From: Heptranchias perlo
Taxonomy: Eukaryota
Length of the DNA: 64,000 bases
Direction: 5' to 3'
Assembly (NCBI RefSeq): GCF_035084215.1
Contig: NC_090331.1
Location: 71,548,001 to 71,612,000, forward strand
Shown here in pieces: positions 10,010 through 21,870 of the stretch. A program made the translations under genes and the position numbers. The notes beneath the pieces were generated by a model that searched no databases, was not told where the DNA came from, and was given only the letters and a program-made list of their open reading frames with translations. The stretch's first letter is position 1. Each line of letters opens with the position of its first letter.

Positions 10010-12486
10010 TTGCCATGCCTACGATACCCGAGTCTCCGTGTCCATTTACGTCCGCATTTTGGCTGCCACATCAGACCCGAGCCCATCACTTCCATTTCCC
10101 CTTTGTCTTCTTTTCTCTTTACCTCTCTTAGGCCCCTCTCTCCTGTCCTGTTCCCCCAAATCTCGACCGCAACAGTCCACTACTCCTTAACCTTCCTACT
10201 CTCCTGCCATTGTCCCATGCTCAACTCCTTCTTGGATAAGCCCACAGCTTCCCTCTGAGCCACTCTCCCCATCTTCTGAAGGGCCAAGAGGCACTCATCG
10301 CTGCCTGCCTATGAGAAATAACCCCAACTGCCTCATCCTACTCTCGTCGACCTACCCACCCAGCTGCCCGATCTTGCCAATCTTCCAGTCCCACTTATCC
10401 CTGTCTGTGTTGACCCTATGGACTCTGCCAGCGGATTAACTATCACCGCCCCATTCCGCATCTCCCTCCCGAATGTCCATTCACTTGTGAACAAAGCCAT
10501 TGCCATCCATGATCTTATTGTGCATGATTGCATCGACATCAAGGCCTTGATGGAAACTTGGCTCATGGGTGATGACACGTTCCCCCTTAATGATGCCTCC
10601 CCATACCTTCCACAACTTGCCCCGTCCAGACTGCCAAGGTGGTAGTGTGGCCCTCAACACCAAATCACACCTTGGTCTGACCCCCTACTCCTCGGGAACC
10701 TTCTCCTCCTTTGATAATCTCACCTTGTTCAACCCCTCTCATCTCTCTTTTAAAATCATTGTTTTTTCCTGCCCACCCAAGTACCACGCCAAGTTTCTTA
10801 CTGAGATAAGAAGTTTCTTTCTGCTTTGCTCCCTCAGCCTCTGCAACGAGCAACTTCTCATCCTCAGAGATTTCAACCTCCATCTCAACTCATCTTGCCC
10901 TCTCTCCTCTGAGTTCATGGCCCTCCTGTCCTCCCTTAACCTCTCCCTCCATATAAACTCTAATCTCTCTTTCCTCTCCAAAGTCCTCAAACGAATTGTT
11001 GCCTCCAAAATCGGTGCCCATCTTTCCCACAATGTCACGTTTGAACCCCTCCAATCAGGTTTCCACCTTTGCCACAGCACTGAGACGGCCCTGATCAAAG
11101 TCATAAATGACATCCTAATTAACGGGTCACGGAATGCTTAGGCTGATTAATTTTCCACAGTGTTCATTTACAAGGATGAAAATTTTAAAAATCGAGGCAT
11201 TGCTGGACCGGGAGCCAATGTAGGTCAACGAGCACAGTTGGGATGGGTGAATGGGACTTGGTGCGAGTTAGGATACATGCAGGAGAGTTTTGGATGAGCT
11301 CAAGTTTACAGAGAGTGGAAGATGGGAGGCCAGCCAAGAGAGTTGAGTCTGTACATATGACAGTGGTAAATTAGTCTTCCTCATCCTTCTCGACCTGTCT
11401 GCAGCCTTTTATATGGTTGACCACACCATTCTCGTCTGTTGTGCAACTGGGTGGGACTGCCCCCACCTGGTTTCATTCCTACCTAGTCAGTCATCAGAGA
11501 ATTTCCTGCAATAGCTTCTCTTCCCACTCCGTTACTTCTGGAGATTTCCACCCCCCCACCCTCTTATTTCTCATCTGCATGCTGCCCCTCGACGACATCA
11601 TCCGAAAACACAGCGTCAGATTCCTCACAACCACCTTTCTCAACCCCTCCACTACCTTTGATGTCACGCAAATGAGCAGTATTGCATGAGCAGAAATTTC
11701 CTCCAATTAAATATTGGTAAGACAGAAACCATTGTCTTTGGTCCCCATGAATTCATCCCTCTCCCTGGCCACTGACTGAGGCTGATCTAGACTGTTCGCA
11801 ACCACGGCATCCAATTTGACCCTGAGTTGAGCTTCCGACCTCATATCCTGTCCATCATAAAGATTCCCTACTTCCACCTCTGTAATATGGCCCATCTCCA
11901 CCTCTGCCTCTGCTCATCTGCTACTGAAACCCTCATCCTTGCAAGTGTTACGTCCAGACTCGACTATTCCAATGCTCTCCTGGCCGGCCTCCCATCTTCC
12001 ATAAACTTGAGCTCATCCAAAACTCTGCTGCACATATCCTAATTCGCACTAACTCCAGTTCACCCATCACAGCTGTGCTCACTGACTTACATTGGCTCCC
12101 GGTCCGGCAATGCCTCGATTTTAAAATTCTCATCCTTGTGTTCAAATCCCTCCATGGCCTCGCCCCTCCCTATCTCTGCATTCCTCTAATTCTTGCCTCT
12201 TGCACATCCCCAATTTTCATCGCTCCACCATTGGCAGCTGTGCCTTCAGCTGCCTAGGCCTAAAGCTCCGGAATTGCCCATCTAAACCTCTCCATCTCTC
12301 TACCTCTCTCTCCTCCTTTTAGTCGCTCCTTAAAGCCTACCTCTTTGCCCAAGCTTTTGGTCACCTGTCCTAATATCTCTTTATGTGGCTTGGTGCCAAA
12401 TTTTGTTTGCTAATGCTCCAGTGAAGCATCTTGGGACATTTTACTATGTTAAAGGCGCTATATAAATGCAAGAAGTTGTTGTTGTT
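10010..12486 (+). mobile_element. Decayed L2-clade LINE (APE and RT remnants, internally deleted)
   Basis: APE motifs NVHSLVNK, ETWL and LILRDFNLHL. RT motifs NLSFLSKVLKRIV, QSGFHLCHSTETALIKV, LLDLSAAF, SRLDYSNALL and LHWLPV. 3' tail AAAGGCGCTATATAAATGCAAG..TTGTTGTTG. Confidence 0.88.
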
Positions 12487-12745
12487 AAATGCATAACTGA
12501 AAATTAAAGGCACGTTGGCAATCGTGGACAGAAAATATTTGTATTCCAATGGAACTACACAAAGAAAGACATTTATTGCTAAAGGCCTAACAGAGCATGT
12601 CGAGTCACTAGTGGCCAGGTCAAAAAAATAAAAAGCAAATCAATAAAACATCAAAATGAACCATTACATTGCAGTAGTAAACGTTTGTCTATGAGAATCT
12701 GAACCTAAGTCAGCAGGGGACTGCAGAAACCTACTCGAAAATAGT

Positions 12746-13517
12746 GGGCCAGAATTTACTGTCAAAATAACGCTGAGACTAATGGCACTCACCATTATTT
12801 ATGCGCAAATCGTACAGCAACTTCAGGTGAGGGCAGATGCACAGTTAAACGCGAAAATCCAGAAGTTGCTGTCCGAGGTGTGCCGCTCTGCCGTTAGCTT
12901 CACGAAAACGGCATCTCACTGTCTGGCCCATCATTCAAATTAAATGAACGGCATGAATTTCCTGTACTTGGATGGTAGATATGAACTAAACTCGTCACAG
13001 AAAGTTAGGGCTTGTCCATTTCAGTCTAAGTAACTTTTTTTTTAAAAACAGCGTGATAAGTCTTAATTACTGCCAACCAACCCCTCTGGCTCTGAAATAC
13101 TAACCATTGCAAATGTGGAGTCTCACTCTGTCAGCTTTTAATTATTGTTGGAGAATTATTTTTTTTAAAAAAAAGTTTCTGTCTGTCTCCTTCTTCACTC
13201 TCTTAATCCAATCTTTCGCTTTATTTCGCTCTCTGTACTTGATTTGATAATTAATTCAGTATTCCAGCTTATACTTCCTGGTTCAGACTCTGCTCCGTTC
13301 ATTCACAATCCTTCAATCTGATTGTGAACAGGGCAAGCAACTGGGTCTGTCTCTCCTTAACCACAGGTCCCAGGTGCCCTGTAGAGGGCGCCACACCGTT
13401 TCCATCTCCCACTTACAGCAACTTGCCGTGTAAAAGGTCATGGAGATAAAATGGGTACGGACAAGTCTAACAAATGGCAGGCGTCGTTCGTTCACCAGCA
13501 ACTGTAAATTCTGGTGT
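12746..13517. mobile_element. Non-autonomous DNA transposon (Harbinger-type TIRs)
   Basis: GGGCCAGAATTTAC ... GTAAATTCTGG inverted ends; no coding remnant recognised. The internal pyrimidine-rich block is similar to 32550-32800. Confidence 0.6.
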
Positions 13518-14104
13518 AATATGAATTAACATCAGAGAGAAACAAAATAGAATGAAACCTGGAGTCCTCCTTCCCAGCCACTCCGCACAAAAAATGGATG
13601 GATAAAACATTATTCTGCACGCTTATTTTATGAAATTTAACTTTCCTTTTCTCAAAGTAATTTCCCAAGATTATCTTTAAATGTCTATCAGTAGATAGCA
13701 ATATATTTACAGCCAGATAACACGACCTCTGTGGTGTGAGCAAATGCATTCAGTGAGTGCTAATCTGGTCAGTTTCATTTTAGGTTAGTGCTAAAGAATC
13801 ATACTGTGATTTTCTCCCTTCTGCTTTATAGGAATACTATTAATTTTGGTAATATCTCCAAAATTATTGGATGTAGGGGCTGAACTAATTCCACTCAACA
13901 TTGTAAATGTAAAAGGAAGGTATTTAATTGGATTGGCTTTACAGGAAAATTGAAATTGAAAATTCCATAGGATTAAACCAATTTTTTACCAAAGAGCCTA
14001 AACTGTATTGCGAGCCGTCCTTTACTTCTGGCAGCCACTAGAAGTGCAACTTAATTTAAGAGGGTGTAGACGAAGGGCAGGGAATCGAGAAGAAAAAAAG
14101 CAAG

Positions 14105-14495
14105 CAAGAAAGCAAGCAAGAAATTGCATTTATATAGCATCTTTCACAACCTCAGGACCCCATCCCAAAGCACTTTACAGCCAACAGAGTACTTTTGAAG
14201 TATCATCACTGTTGTAATGTAGGAAACATGGCAACTAATTTGTGCACAGCAAGGTCCCACAAACAACAATGAAATAAATGACCAGATCATCTGTTTTAGG
14301 TGTTGGTTGAGGGATAAATATTGGCCAGGACACTGGGGAAAATTCCCCTGCTCTTCTTTGAATTATGCCTTGGGATCTTTTACATCCACCAGACGCAGCC
14401 TCGGTTTAACGTCTCATCCTAAAGACAGCACCTCCGACAATGCAGCACTCCCTCAGTACTGCACTGAAGTGCCAGCTTACATTATGTGATCAAGA
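14105..14495 (-). mobile_element. DeuSINE (SacSINE1-like)
   Basis: Reverse complement of the Deu-domain core CAGTACTGAGGGAGTGCTGCATTGTCGGAGGTG...GGTGGATGTAAAAGATCCC, plus an L2-like tail. Confidence 0.82.
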
Positions 14496-14520
14496 GTGCA
14501 AGTGCAATGGGCTGTATGAA

Positions 14521-14682
14521 TTGTAAACAATTTTACAACACCAAGTTATAGTCCAACAATTTTATTTTTAATAAAATTGAAAATTAATTAAAAATTAAAA
14601 ATAAAATTGTTGGACTATAACTTGGTGTTGTAAAATTGTTTACAATGGTCAACCCCAGTCCATCACCGGCATCTCCACATCA
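14521..14682. mobile_element. Penelope-like mini-insertion: perfect 53-bp inverted repeat plus 36-nt tail, 12-bp TSD
   Basis: Arms 14520-14572 and 14594-14646 are perfectly complementary. Tail is 14647-14682. Direct repeat GGGCTGTATGAA at 14509-14520 and 14683-14694. Confidence 0.8.
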
Positions 14683-15514
14683 GGGCTGTATGAAGTGCTT
14701 CACTCCCAAGTTGGTTTGCAGTAAAACTTTCAGCAGTACAGTTATCTCCCAATCTGTAACATGGAACATTTAAAAACTGAAGTACCCCAAGAATTATAAG
14801 TTAGCATTACATATTTGTAGGAGGCATTACAGAAAGGCAGGCTTGCAAACATGTTTTTTGGTGTGTGGGCCTTCCCTGGAGTATGCTATTCTGTCTGTTT
14901 TGAAAAGTTTATAACAATTATACCTTGTGGAAAACACTCAGTGGGGGAGTCGTGAAATTCTTTTTTACCTAGAACTATAGAGTTTTTAAAATACAAGAGC
15001 AGCATCCAACAGGAGCAACATTCCTCCCTTTGTTGAAAATCTTCCTCAAATTTGCAATCAAAGTACTTTGTACCTATAATTCTAACAGAACTGCCTGTGT
15101 GGCAAATTGAAAATCTATTCCACTGTCTTAACAAGATTAAATTGCTATTAGTAGGATCTCAGGGACTACATTAATATGCGTTCTAACACCCTCCTTTGCA
15201 ACTAACTAAAGTGTTTTTAAAATACTAGCTGTCATAGTATGTGGATCCACAGGTGATGCTGGATGCGACTCACCAGCTCAGTTTAGTGAGGTTACATACT
15301 ATGTTTTTCAGTTTGTTATTGCTGCCACTCCCACAAATTTAGGAGCATGCTAAAGTTGCCCACTATGATGGAAATGCATAAAGCATCCAAAATTATACAA
15401 TAAATATCAATCAAAAAGCTGTCCTCCTATAAGCACACACAAAAGTGTTGATAATTGAGCTTTTTATTTTTACAGAATTAAGTTATTTCAAATCTGGAAA
15501 CATAAGGGAGTAAC

Positions 15515-16619
15515 AAATTGCTCACGTATGTCCTGTCCACAATAGCAGGACAAATCCAACATGGCCAATTTCCATCCTATCAGCCTACTCACAGTCATCA
15601 GCAAAGTGATGAAAGGAGTCGTCAACAATGCTAACAATCACCACTTACTCACCAATAACCTGTTCAGCAATGTGCAGTTTGGGTTCCGCCAGGACCACTC
15701 GGCTCTATACCTCATTACAGCCTTGGTCCAAACATGGACAAAAGAGCTAAATTCCAGAGGTGAGGTTAGAGTGACTGCCCTTGACATCAAGGCAGCATTT
15801 GACTGAGTGCGGCATCAAGGAGCCCTAGTAATGCTGAAGTCAATGTGGATCAGGGAGAAAACGTCCAGTGGTTGGAGTTATACCTGACACAAAGGAAGAT
15901 GGTTGTGGTTTTTGGAGACCAATCATCTCAGCCCCAGGACATTGCTGCAGGAATTTCTCAGGGCAGCATCCTAGGCCCAACCATCTTCAGCTGCTTCATC
16001 AATGACCTTCCTCCTCCATCATAAGGTCAGAAGTGGACAGTTGGTTGATGATTGCATCTCCATTCGCAATTCCTCAGATAGTGAAGCAGCCCATGCCCGC
16101 GTGCAGCAAGACCAGGACAACATCCAGGCTGGTGCCGAATAGTGGCAAGTAACATTTGCGCCACAAAAGTGCCAGGCAATGACCATCTCCAACAAGGGAG
16201 AGTCTAACTACCTCCCCGTGACATTCAATGGTATTACTATTACAGAGTCCCCCACCATCAACATCCTGGGTATGCCGGTGACCAGAAACTCAACTGGACC
16301 AGCCACATAAACGCCGTGGCTACCAGTGCAAGTCAGAGGCTGGGTATTCTGCGGCGAGTGACTCACCTCCTTACTCCCCAAAACCTCTCCACCATTTACA
16401 AGGCACAAGTCAGAAGTGTGATGGAATACTCTCCACTTGCCTGGATGGGTGCAGCTCCAACAACACTCAAGAAGCTCAACACCATCCAGGACTAAGCAAT
16501 CCACTTGATCGGCAACTCTTTACCTCCACCACATAGAAGGACAAGGACAGCAGGTGAATGGGAGCACCATCACCTCCAAGATCCCCTCAAGTCAAACACC
16601 ATCCTGACTTGGAAATATC
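15515..16619 (+). mobile_element. Non-LTR retrotransposon RT region (CR1/L2/Jockey group), 5' part of a copy split by a Harbinger insertion
   Basis: RT motifs PISLLTVISKVM, QFGFRQDHS, ALDIKAAFD and QGSILGP. Same family as 23980-24752 and 55876-56772. Confidence 0.88.
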
Positions 16620-19568
16620 GGGCTTGATTTTGAAATGAAGTAGCGGGTGCTTTGGGGGCTGCGAAAATTGGGGAAATCACAAGCCGGTTCGGAACCTGGC
16701 TCCAACCTGCAGACTTCCAGGTTCCCCACTGACGTGTCTGGGTGCGTGCGCATGCCTCACGAATGCAGAAGTCCCACCGGCAATTAAAAGTGGTGGGATG
16801 ACAGTTAAGAGAATTATTTAGATACTTGAAGTACTTAATTTTGTGCACATTGAGGCAGGGGTCCGATTTTCAAACATCCTCAGCGTGTTTCCCATGTGGG
16901 AAACACTCCATGTTCTACCAGACATGTTTCAGCCAGCAGCCAGTTGGACATTCAAATGCTTATTTGACAGATGGGGATATAACGTTGAGTTATTGCAGCA
17001 GGGCACTGAGTGCTTTCAGACAAACTTTTGGCTGGGATATCTTTGTGTTTTCACTGAAAATTCTTACTTTCCACTCACAATTCTTCTGTTCATACATATT
17101 TATTAACGTTTTGGACCCCCTCAAAATGACACCATCAGGATGGGTGGGGGGGGGGGCCATGGCTGCATTCACCACTACATCTGAGGACGAGTAACATCGC
17201 CAGCCTCGCCAACCCTCCCTACACAAAACAGTCCTGCAACTACACATACACCCACTGTAAAGTCACCCAATGGGTGGCATCAAGTGTGAACCTCATGAAA
17301 GGACCCTATCACAAAAGCCAGTCACGAATGGGCAAGACGTGGCAGTAGTGGTGAGAATGATAACATTTGATGTAACTTCAACAAAAACCAAATGTAAACG
17401 AAAAACATGACCACCTTGTGCATACCCTTCTTGCTCACAAAATCTTAGCTTTTCTCATCCTACTACTTCTACGTGGTGCATCCCCTGTGGCTGCAGCAGA
17501 GGTGGTGGCAGGTTACTCAAGTTCGTGCATGCTTGGCTGCTTTCGGCTTACGCCCTCTGGATTTTGGAGCCCGTGAGGGTCCCTCCAAAGGCTGCTTCAC
17601 CTGCACCTGTGCAGGGCCACCTGAAGAGGAGCAGCATTGTTGGTACTGGTTGAGAGGGGGGCAACGGGTGAGAGCGCTTTGAGTGGCATCCCCACTTGCA
17701 AGTCCCCTTTTGCCATCATCGCTCTCCTGAACCAGGCCGACATCACTCCCACCACCCTGCTGGAGAACAGTTTGGAGGACATGTACGAGACCTTGGAAAC
17801 CCAGTTGTAAAGTATCTGCATGCCTGTTTAAGGCGGCAGAATGTCGTTCACCCTGAGTCCAAACGACCGTTGTTAGGACCTGAATGGACTCATTTGTAAG
17901 CCATGCTTGAAGGTCAACGGAGCTAGCCTTCTCTCCATCGCAGACGTTCCTGCACTTATCTGCGACACTATCTCAGACACTTGCTCACGTCCCTGTGACA
18001 GTATCTCAGAGATTCCCTCCCGTACCTGTGCCACCATTCCATTCATGCAGGAGTTGGACTCCTCCATCCTCCGAGCTATTGTGGAGAGTGCGCGTGGCAG
18101 CTGTTCCAGTACCTCCCAAATGTGTTGCTGTCCCTCAATCATTCTCCTTTTAAAGGATGGCCCCCGGGGTTCAGCATCTGCATCCAGCTGAGCAGAGCCT
18201 GGAGAGGAGTACTCCCACTGACACGGACTCTCCACAGCTGCCCCTGCCACCAGTGTCTGCTCGTGCTCACTTATGTGCGGTGACTCACCAGGTGCCAACC
18301 CAACAAACTGACAACTAGGACCCGCCAAGGTGTGAGTATCTGCGCTGGTGGATGACTCGCTACGATGTGGCGGTGCACACTCTGAGGCATCGCCCTCTGC
18401 CGTCACTGCGGTCATGGAAGGGCCTGTAAGAGAAGGCAATATTAAGCATCATCGCAGACGTATCATGTTGCGATGAGCATACTGAGGTGTTCAACATGGC
18501 AAGCATTGTTAACGTTAATTCATGTAGTGTGTGATGAATGTTAAAGTTGTGTCACCAGATGTTTGTGGGCTGCCAGTCTCGCGTCCCCGACGGACAGACA
18601 CTCGAAGGTGCGGCTGATCTCCAGCGCCTCCTCCTCTGCCTCTGTGAGGACCACTACTTGTTGTGGCCCCCCACCAGTCCTCGCCCCCTCGTGTGCATTT
18701 TGCGCTCTCTTCTCCTAGAAGGGGAGAAAGAACAGACGTGTGAGTGAGTGATGATGAAATGGTCAACTGATGAATGCATTGTTTTGGGTGAGGCTGACCG
18801 TGAAAGAGATGCATCAGAGGGTGAGTATGAGACACACTGGATGAAGATTGGGGTGAGTGGTAGGGATGGGGTGACTAATGGGGAGGTGAGGAAGTGCAGG
18901 TAAGTTGAGGATGAGCCTTAAGTGGGTGTGAGGAGTGATGTGATGGAGTAGTCTTGGCAGTGCAGAATGAGTTTGTCGGGGGGGGGGGGGGGGGGGTGGG
19001 GAGGGTGGGCGGCGGGGGAGGGCAGTGATCTGGAACACGGAATGTAGGAGAATCAGTAAGTGTACTCACTTTTGGTCACCTAGTTAGGTCATCGAAACGC
19101 TTCCTGCACTGGATCCAGGTGCGGGAGATGTTACTCCTACTGGTGACCTAGACTGCCACCTAGAGCCAGGCCTTTTTGGTGGCAGAGGCAGGGCACTTCC
19201 TCCCTCCACAGGGTAAAAGACTTCAATCTTCCTCCTCACCCCATCCAGTAGTTGTTGCAGTGAGGCATCGCTGAACCTTGGAGCAGCCTTACCCCTGTGC
19301 TGCTCCATTGTGATTTCTGGGTCTTTGCTCCAGCAAAAGTCTTTGGAGCCAAGGCCCTTTAAATAGAGCTCCTTCAGCTGACAGCTTGTGATGTGGGTGC
19401 ACAGTCCGCCCTCTGCGCAGCTTTCAGATGGCAAACCCGGGAGCCACGTTAAGTGGCACCAATTCACTTGTGATCGCGTAGGAAACGGACATATTTTATT
19501 TGTTGGGTTACGCACGTGCCCATTCACCTCCCCCGCTGCCATCCCACCTCCATTCTAAAATTGTGGCT
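16620..19568. mobile_element. Internally deleted PIF/Harbinger transposon (family B, copy 2) nested in a LINE
   Basis: Left TIR GGGCTTGATTTTG; decayed right end TTCTAAAATTGTGGC. Internal homology to 5499-7550. The LINE sequence stops at ...GACTTGGAAATAT and resumes at ATCGTCGTTCTTTCATTGTCGCTGGG. Confidence 0.85.
17430..19308 (-). pseudogene. Spliced Harbinger Myb/SANT protein gene (exons about 19308-19070, 18714-18556, 18423 to about 17430), disabled
   Basis: Exon 1 MEQHRGKAAPRFSDASLQQLLDGVRR...KKAWL*VAV*V..RTWIQCRKRFDDL, GTGAGT donor. Exon 2 after TTCTAG: EKRAQNAHEGARTGGGPQQVVVLTEAEEEALEI. Exon 3 after TTACAG is the 188-aa ORF track region, with a basic tail SRGRKPK. Contains stops and frameshifts. 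Confidence 0.8.
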
Positions 19569-19765
19569 ATAATCGTCGTTCTTTCATTGTCGCTGGGTCA
19601 AAATCCTGGGTCTCCCTGGCTAACAGCACTGTGGGAGAACCTTCACCACATGGACTTTAGCAGCGCAAGAAGGCGGCTCACCACTTTCTCAAGGGCAACT
19701 AGGGATAGGCAATAAATGCTGGCCTTGCTAGCGATGCCCATATCCCCAGAATGAATTTTAAAATA
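19569..19765 (+). mobile_element. 3' end of the LINE interrupted at 16619
   Basis: GCTGGGTCAAAATCCTGG...AATAAATGCTGGCCTTGCTAGCGATGCCCATATCCCCAGAATGAAT matches the reverse complement of the ends at 23980 and 55880. Confidence 0.85.
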
Positions 19766-20074
19766 ACTCTAAAATCCATCCACTGCACTAAAATCTGACT
19801 GTTCTGAAAATTCCCATTATAACCTATTGTTGTCTTACTCTATTACTCTACATTTTAGTAACTTTTTTTTCAAAATTTCCCCCTGGCTTCCCAATACACT
19901 AGATAAATTTTGAGCCACGGAAAGTTTTATTGTTGTAATTATCTTTGGCATCATTCATTTCGAAAAATGAAATTGAAATCTAGGTGCAAAAATCCAAAAA
20001 TCCCAGCAATACCACTTCTGATAAACAATATTACTAACTGAAAAAGTTTACACCACAAAGTAATAAAAGCACCT

Positions 20075-20215
20075 CCTACATTGATTGTGCATTAAGAATC
20101 AGCTAGAGAAGTACATGAGGGAGAAAGAATAGAGGAATATGTTAATAGGGTGAGATGAAGTAAGAAGGGAGAAGGCTGTTTCTGCGCTGTAAATTTTATG
20201 TAATTTTATGTAAAT
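20075..20215 (+). mobile_element. Short CR1 3'-end fragment
   Basis: CTAGAGAAGTACATGAGGGAGAAAGAATAGAGGAATATG...GGGTGAGATGAAG resembles the CR1 end at 58770-58850. Confidence 0.55.
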
Positions 20216-20966
20216 AGTAAGCACATTCATTAATACTTATTGTTTTCCTAAATGTTATAAGAACAGAGGCCAGATCATAACATTAAGGTGCGTTTAATCA
20301 TATTGTCATGCCAATACATCACAACTTTCATAATCCTACAAAGCTGATTAGGATACCTTGAACTCCTCCCCTCACCCAATTTTTCTCCTTTTCTCTCTTC
20401 AGAAGCTGCGGATCCATTCTGCAGCACAGTTTTATGGACACCAGCAGCCTTCCTGTACCTTGTCAAGAAGGCATCCAACCCTGGGAGCAGAAGACAACTG
20501 CAACATCCTTATCACTGCCATGCTGAGATCGGTTTACTCAGCATAGTCCAAAGGTTAAACTGAGAACCTTTCCGAGCAGTATAACTCTACCATACCACTT
20601 AGCATATTTTATCTATGCACCAATTAAAACAGCCCTTGTCTTGAAATCTTTGCTATTCAGTACTAGAGTCATATGAAACAGTAGAAGCTTTAATTTGAAG
20701 GAAATCATCAAACAAATCAATGATTAATATGAAACAATTTGTAAAACAAAATCACAATCTGCTGTTCACCCTTATGGTCTGATGCTATTTCTGGAAAAAA
20801 GATGAGGGTATTGTTTTATTAGTTCATTAAAACCACTAATTAACCAAGGTACACATTGATGGAGAGCAAAATTATCAAGTGCAATACTTACAATACTTAC
20901 AAGAAGATAAATTACTATTACAAATAGAAGCAATGGTAAGTACAATCAATACTATGGAGAGAATAT

Positions 20967-20985
20967 AGTAGTAATAACAACAATA

Positions 20986-21013
<28 letters not shown>
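20967..21013. repeat. (TAA)n / (CAA)n microsatellite
   Basis: AATAATAAT run seen directly. Confidence 0.9.
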
Positions 21014-21016
<3 letters not shown>

Positions 21017-21257
21017 CCATTACCACTACTGGAAAAGGATCACTTCAGGACAACCAAAATATCTGAAGGTTCTGATGCAAGTTACACTGCAAGTTAATAA
21101 ATGCTTTCTACTTTCATATATTTATTTTGTTCTACTTCACAGGAAACAGATATTTTGAATGCTGCAAAGAACACTCAGCACTGTACAGGTTAATTATAGT
21201 ACTTCTGTGAGTTATTAAAAACTACACAAGTATGGGAGGAGAGGATGCTATTTTTAC

Positions 21258-21334
21258 CTGTTCAGGATTATATTTGGACAGCACCCCATCTCCGTGAAAC
21301 TCCTCCAGCACATCTTTCAGTTTCTTTGAGGAAT
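21258..21334 (-). CDS. DGKG: Type I diacylglycerol kinase (DGK gamma/beta-like), second coding exon, 77 bp, phase 1 to 0
   Basis: Acceptor TTTCCTTTACAG and donor CAG|GTAAAA. Encodes (Y)[25 protein letters not shown], close to [29 protein letters not shown] and DGKG YSSKKIKD as recalled. Phase fits the exon at 47903-47969. The paralog call (G versus B) is uncertain. Confidence 0.92.
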
Positions 21335-21554
21335 CTGTAAAGGAAATTTCATGAAAAAAATTAAAGGCTTCAATTCTGAATTGATATTTAAAAGTAGTAA
21401 CCTTGCAAAATGAACCCAGAGACAAATAAAAAGAAGTTGATATCTAAAAATGTTAAGGAAGAACAACAAGAAATATCTTGAAAACACTGCAGGGACCTCA
21501 CTTATTTTCCCTTCATATAAATAGTTTGGATATAAACATAAGAATAATTATATC

Positions 21555-21870
21555 AACATTTGTTGATATCAAATTAGGAGGCATGGCAAATTGTAAGGAA
21601 AATGCAGGAGGATGTAGATAGGTTTGTGGATAGGTGGCAGGTGCAGTTCAATGCACATAAATGCTAAGTAGTACATTTTGGGAAACAGTGCAGTGAATGG
21701 AAGAATGTGTTAAATACTAAGAGTCTCTACAGAATAGAGGAACAAAGATTAAGGGGTACAGCAACATAGATCTTTAAAAGGTAGGAGTGCAGATCAAAAA
21801 GGCAATTAAGAAAAGGCAAACAGGATTTTAGGTTGTATGTACAGGGGCACAGAATACAAAAGTAAGGAAC
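21555..21870 (+). mobile_element. Old CR1 RT C-terminal fragment
   Basis: Decayed KF.DD.KLGG, WQVQFN..KC.VVHFG and ..DLGV motifs, similar to 42880-43200. Confidence 0.6.
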
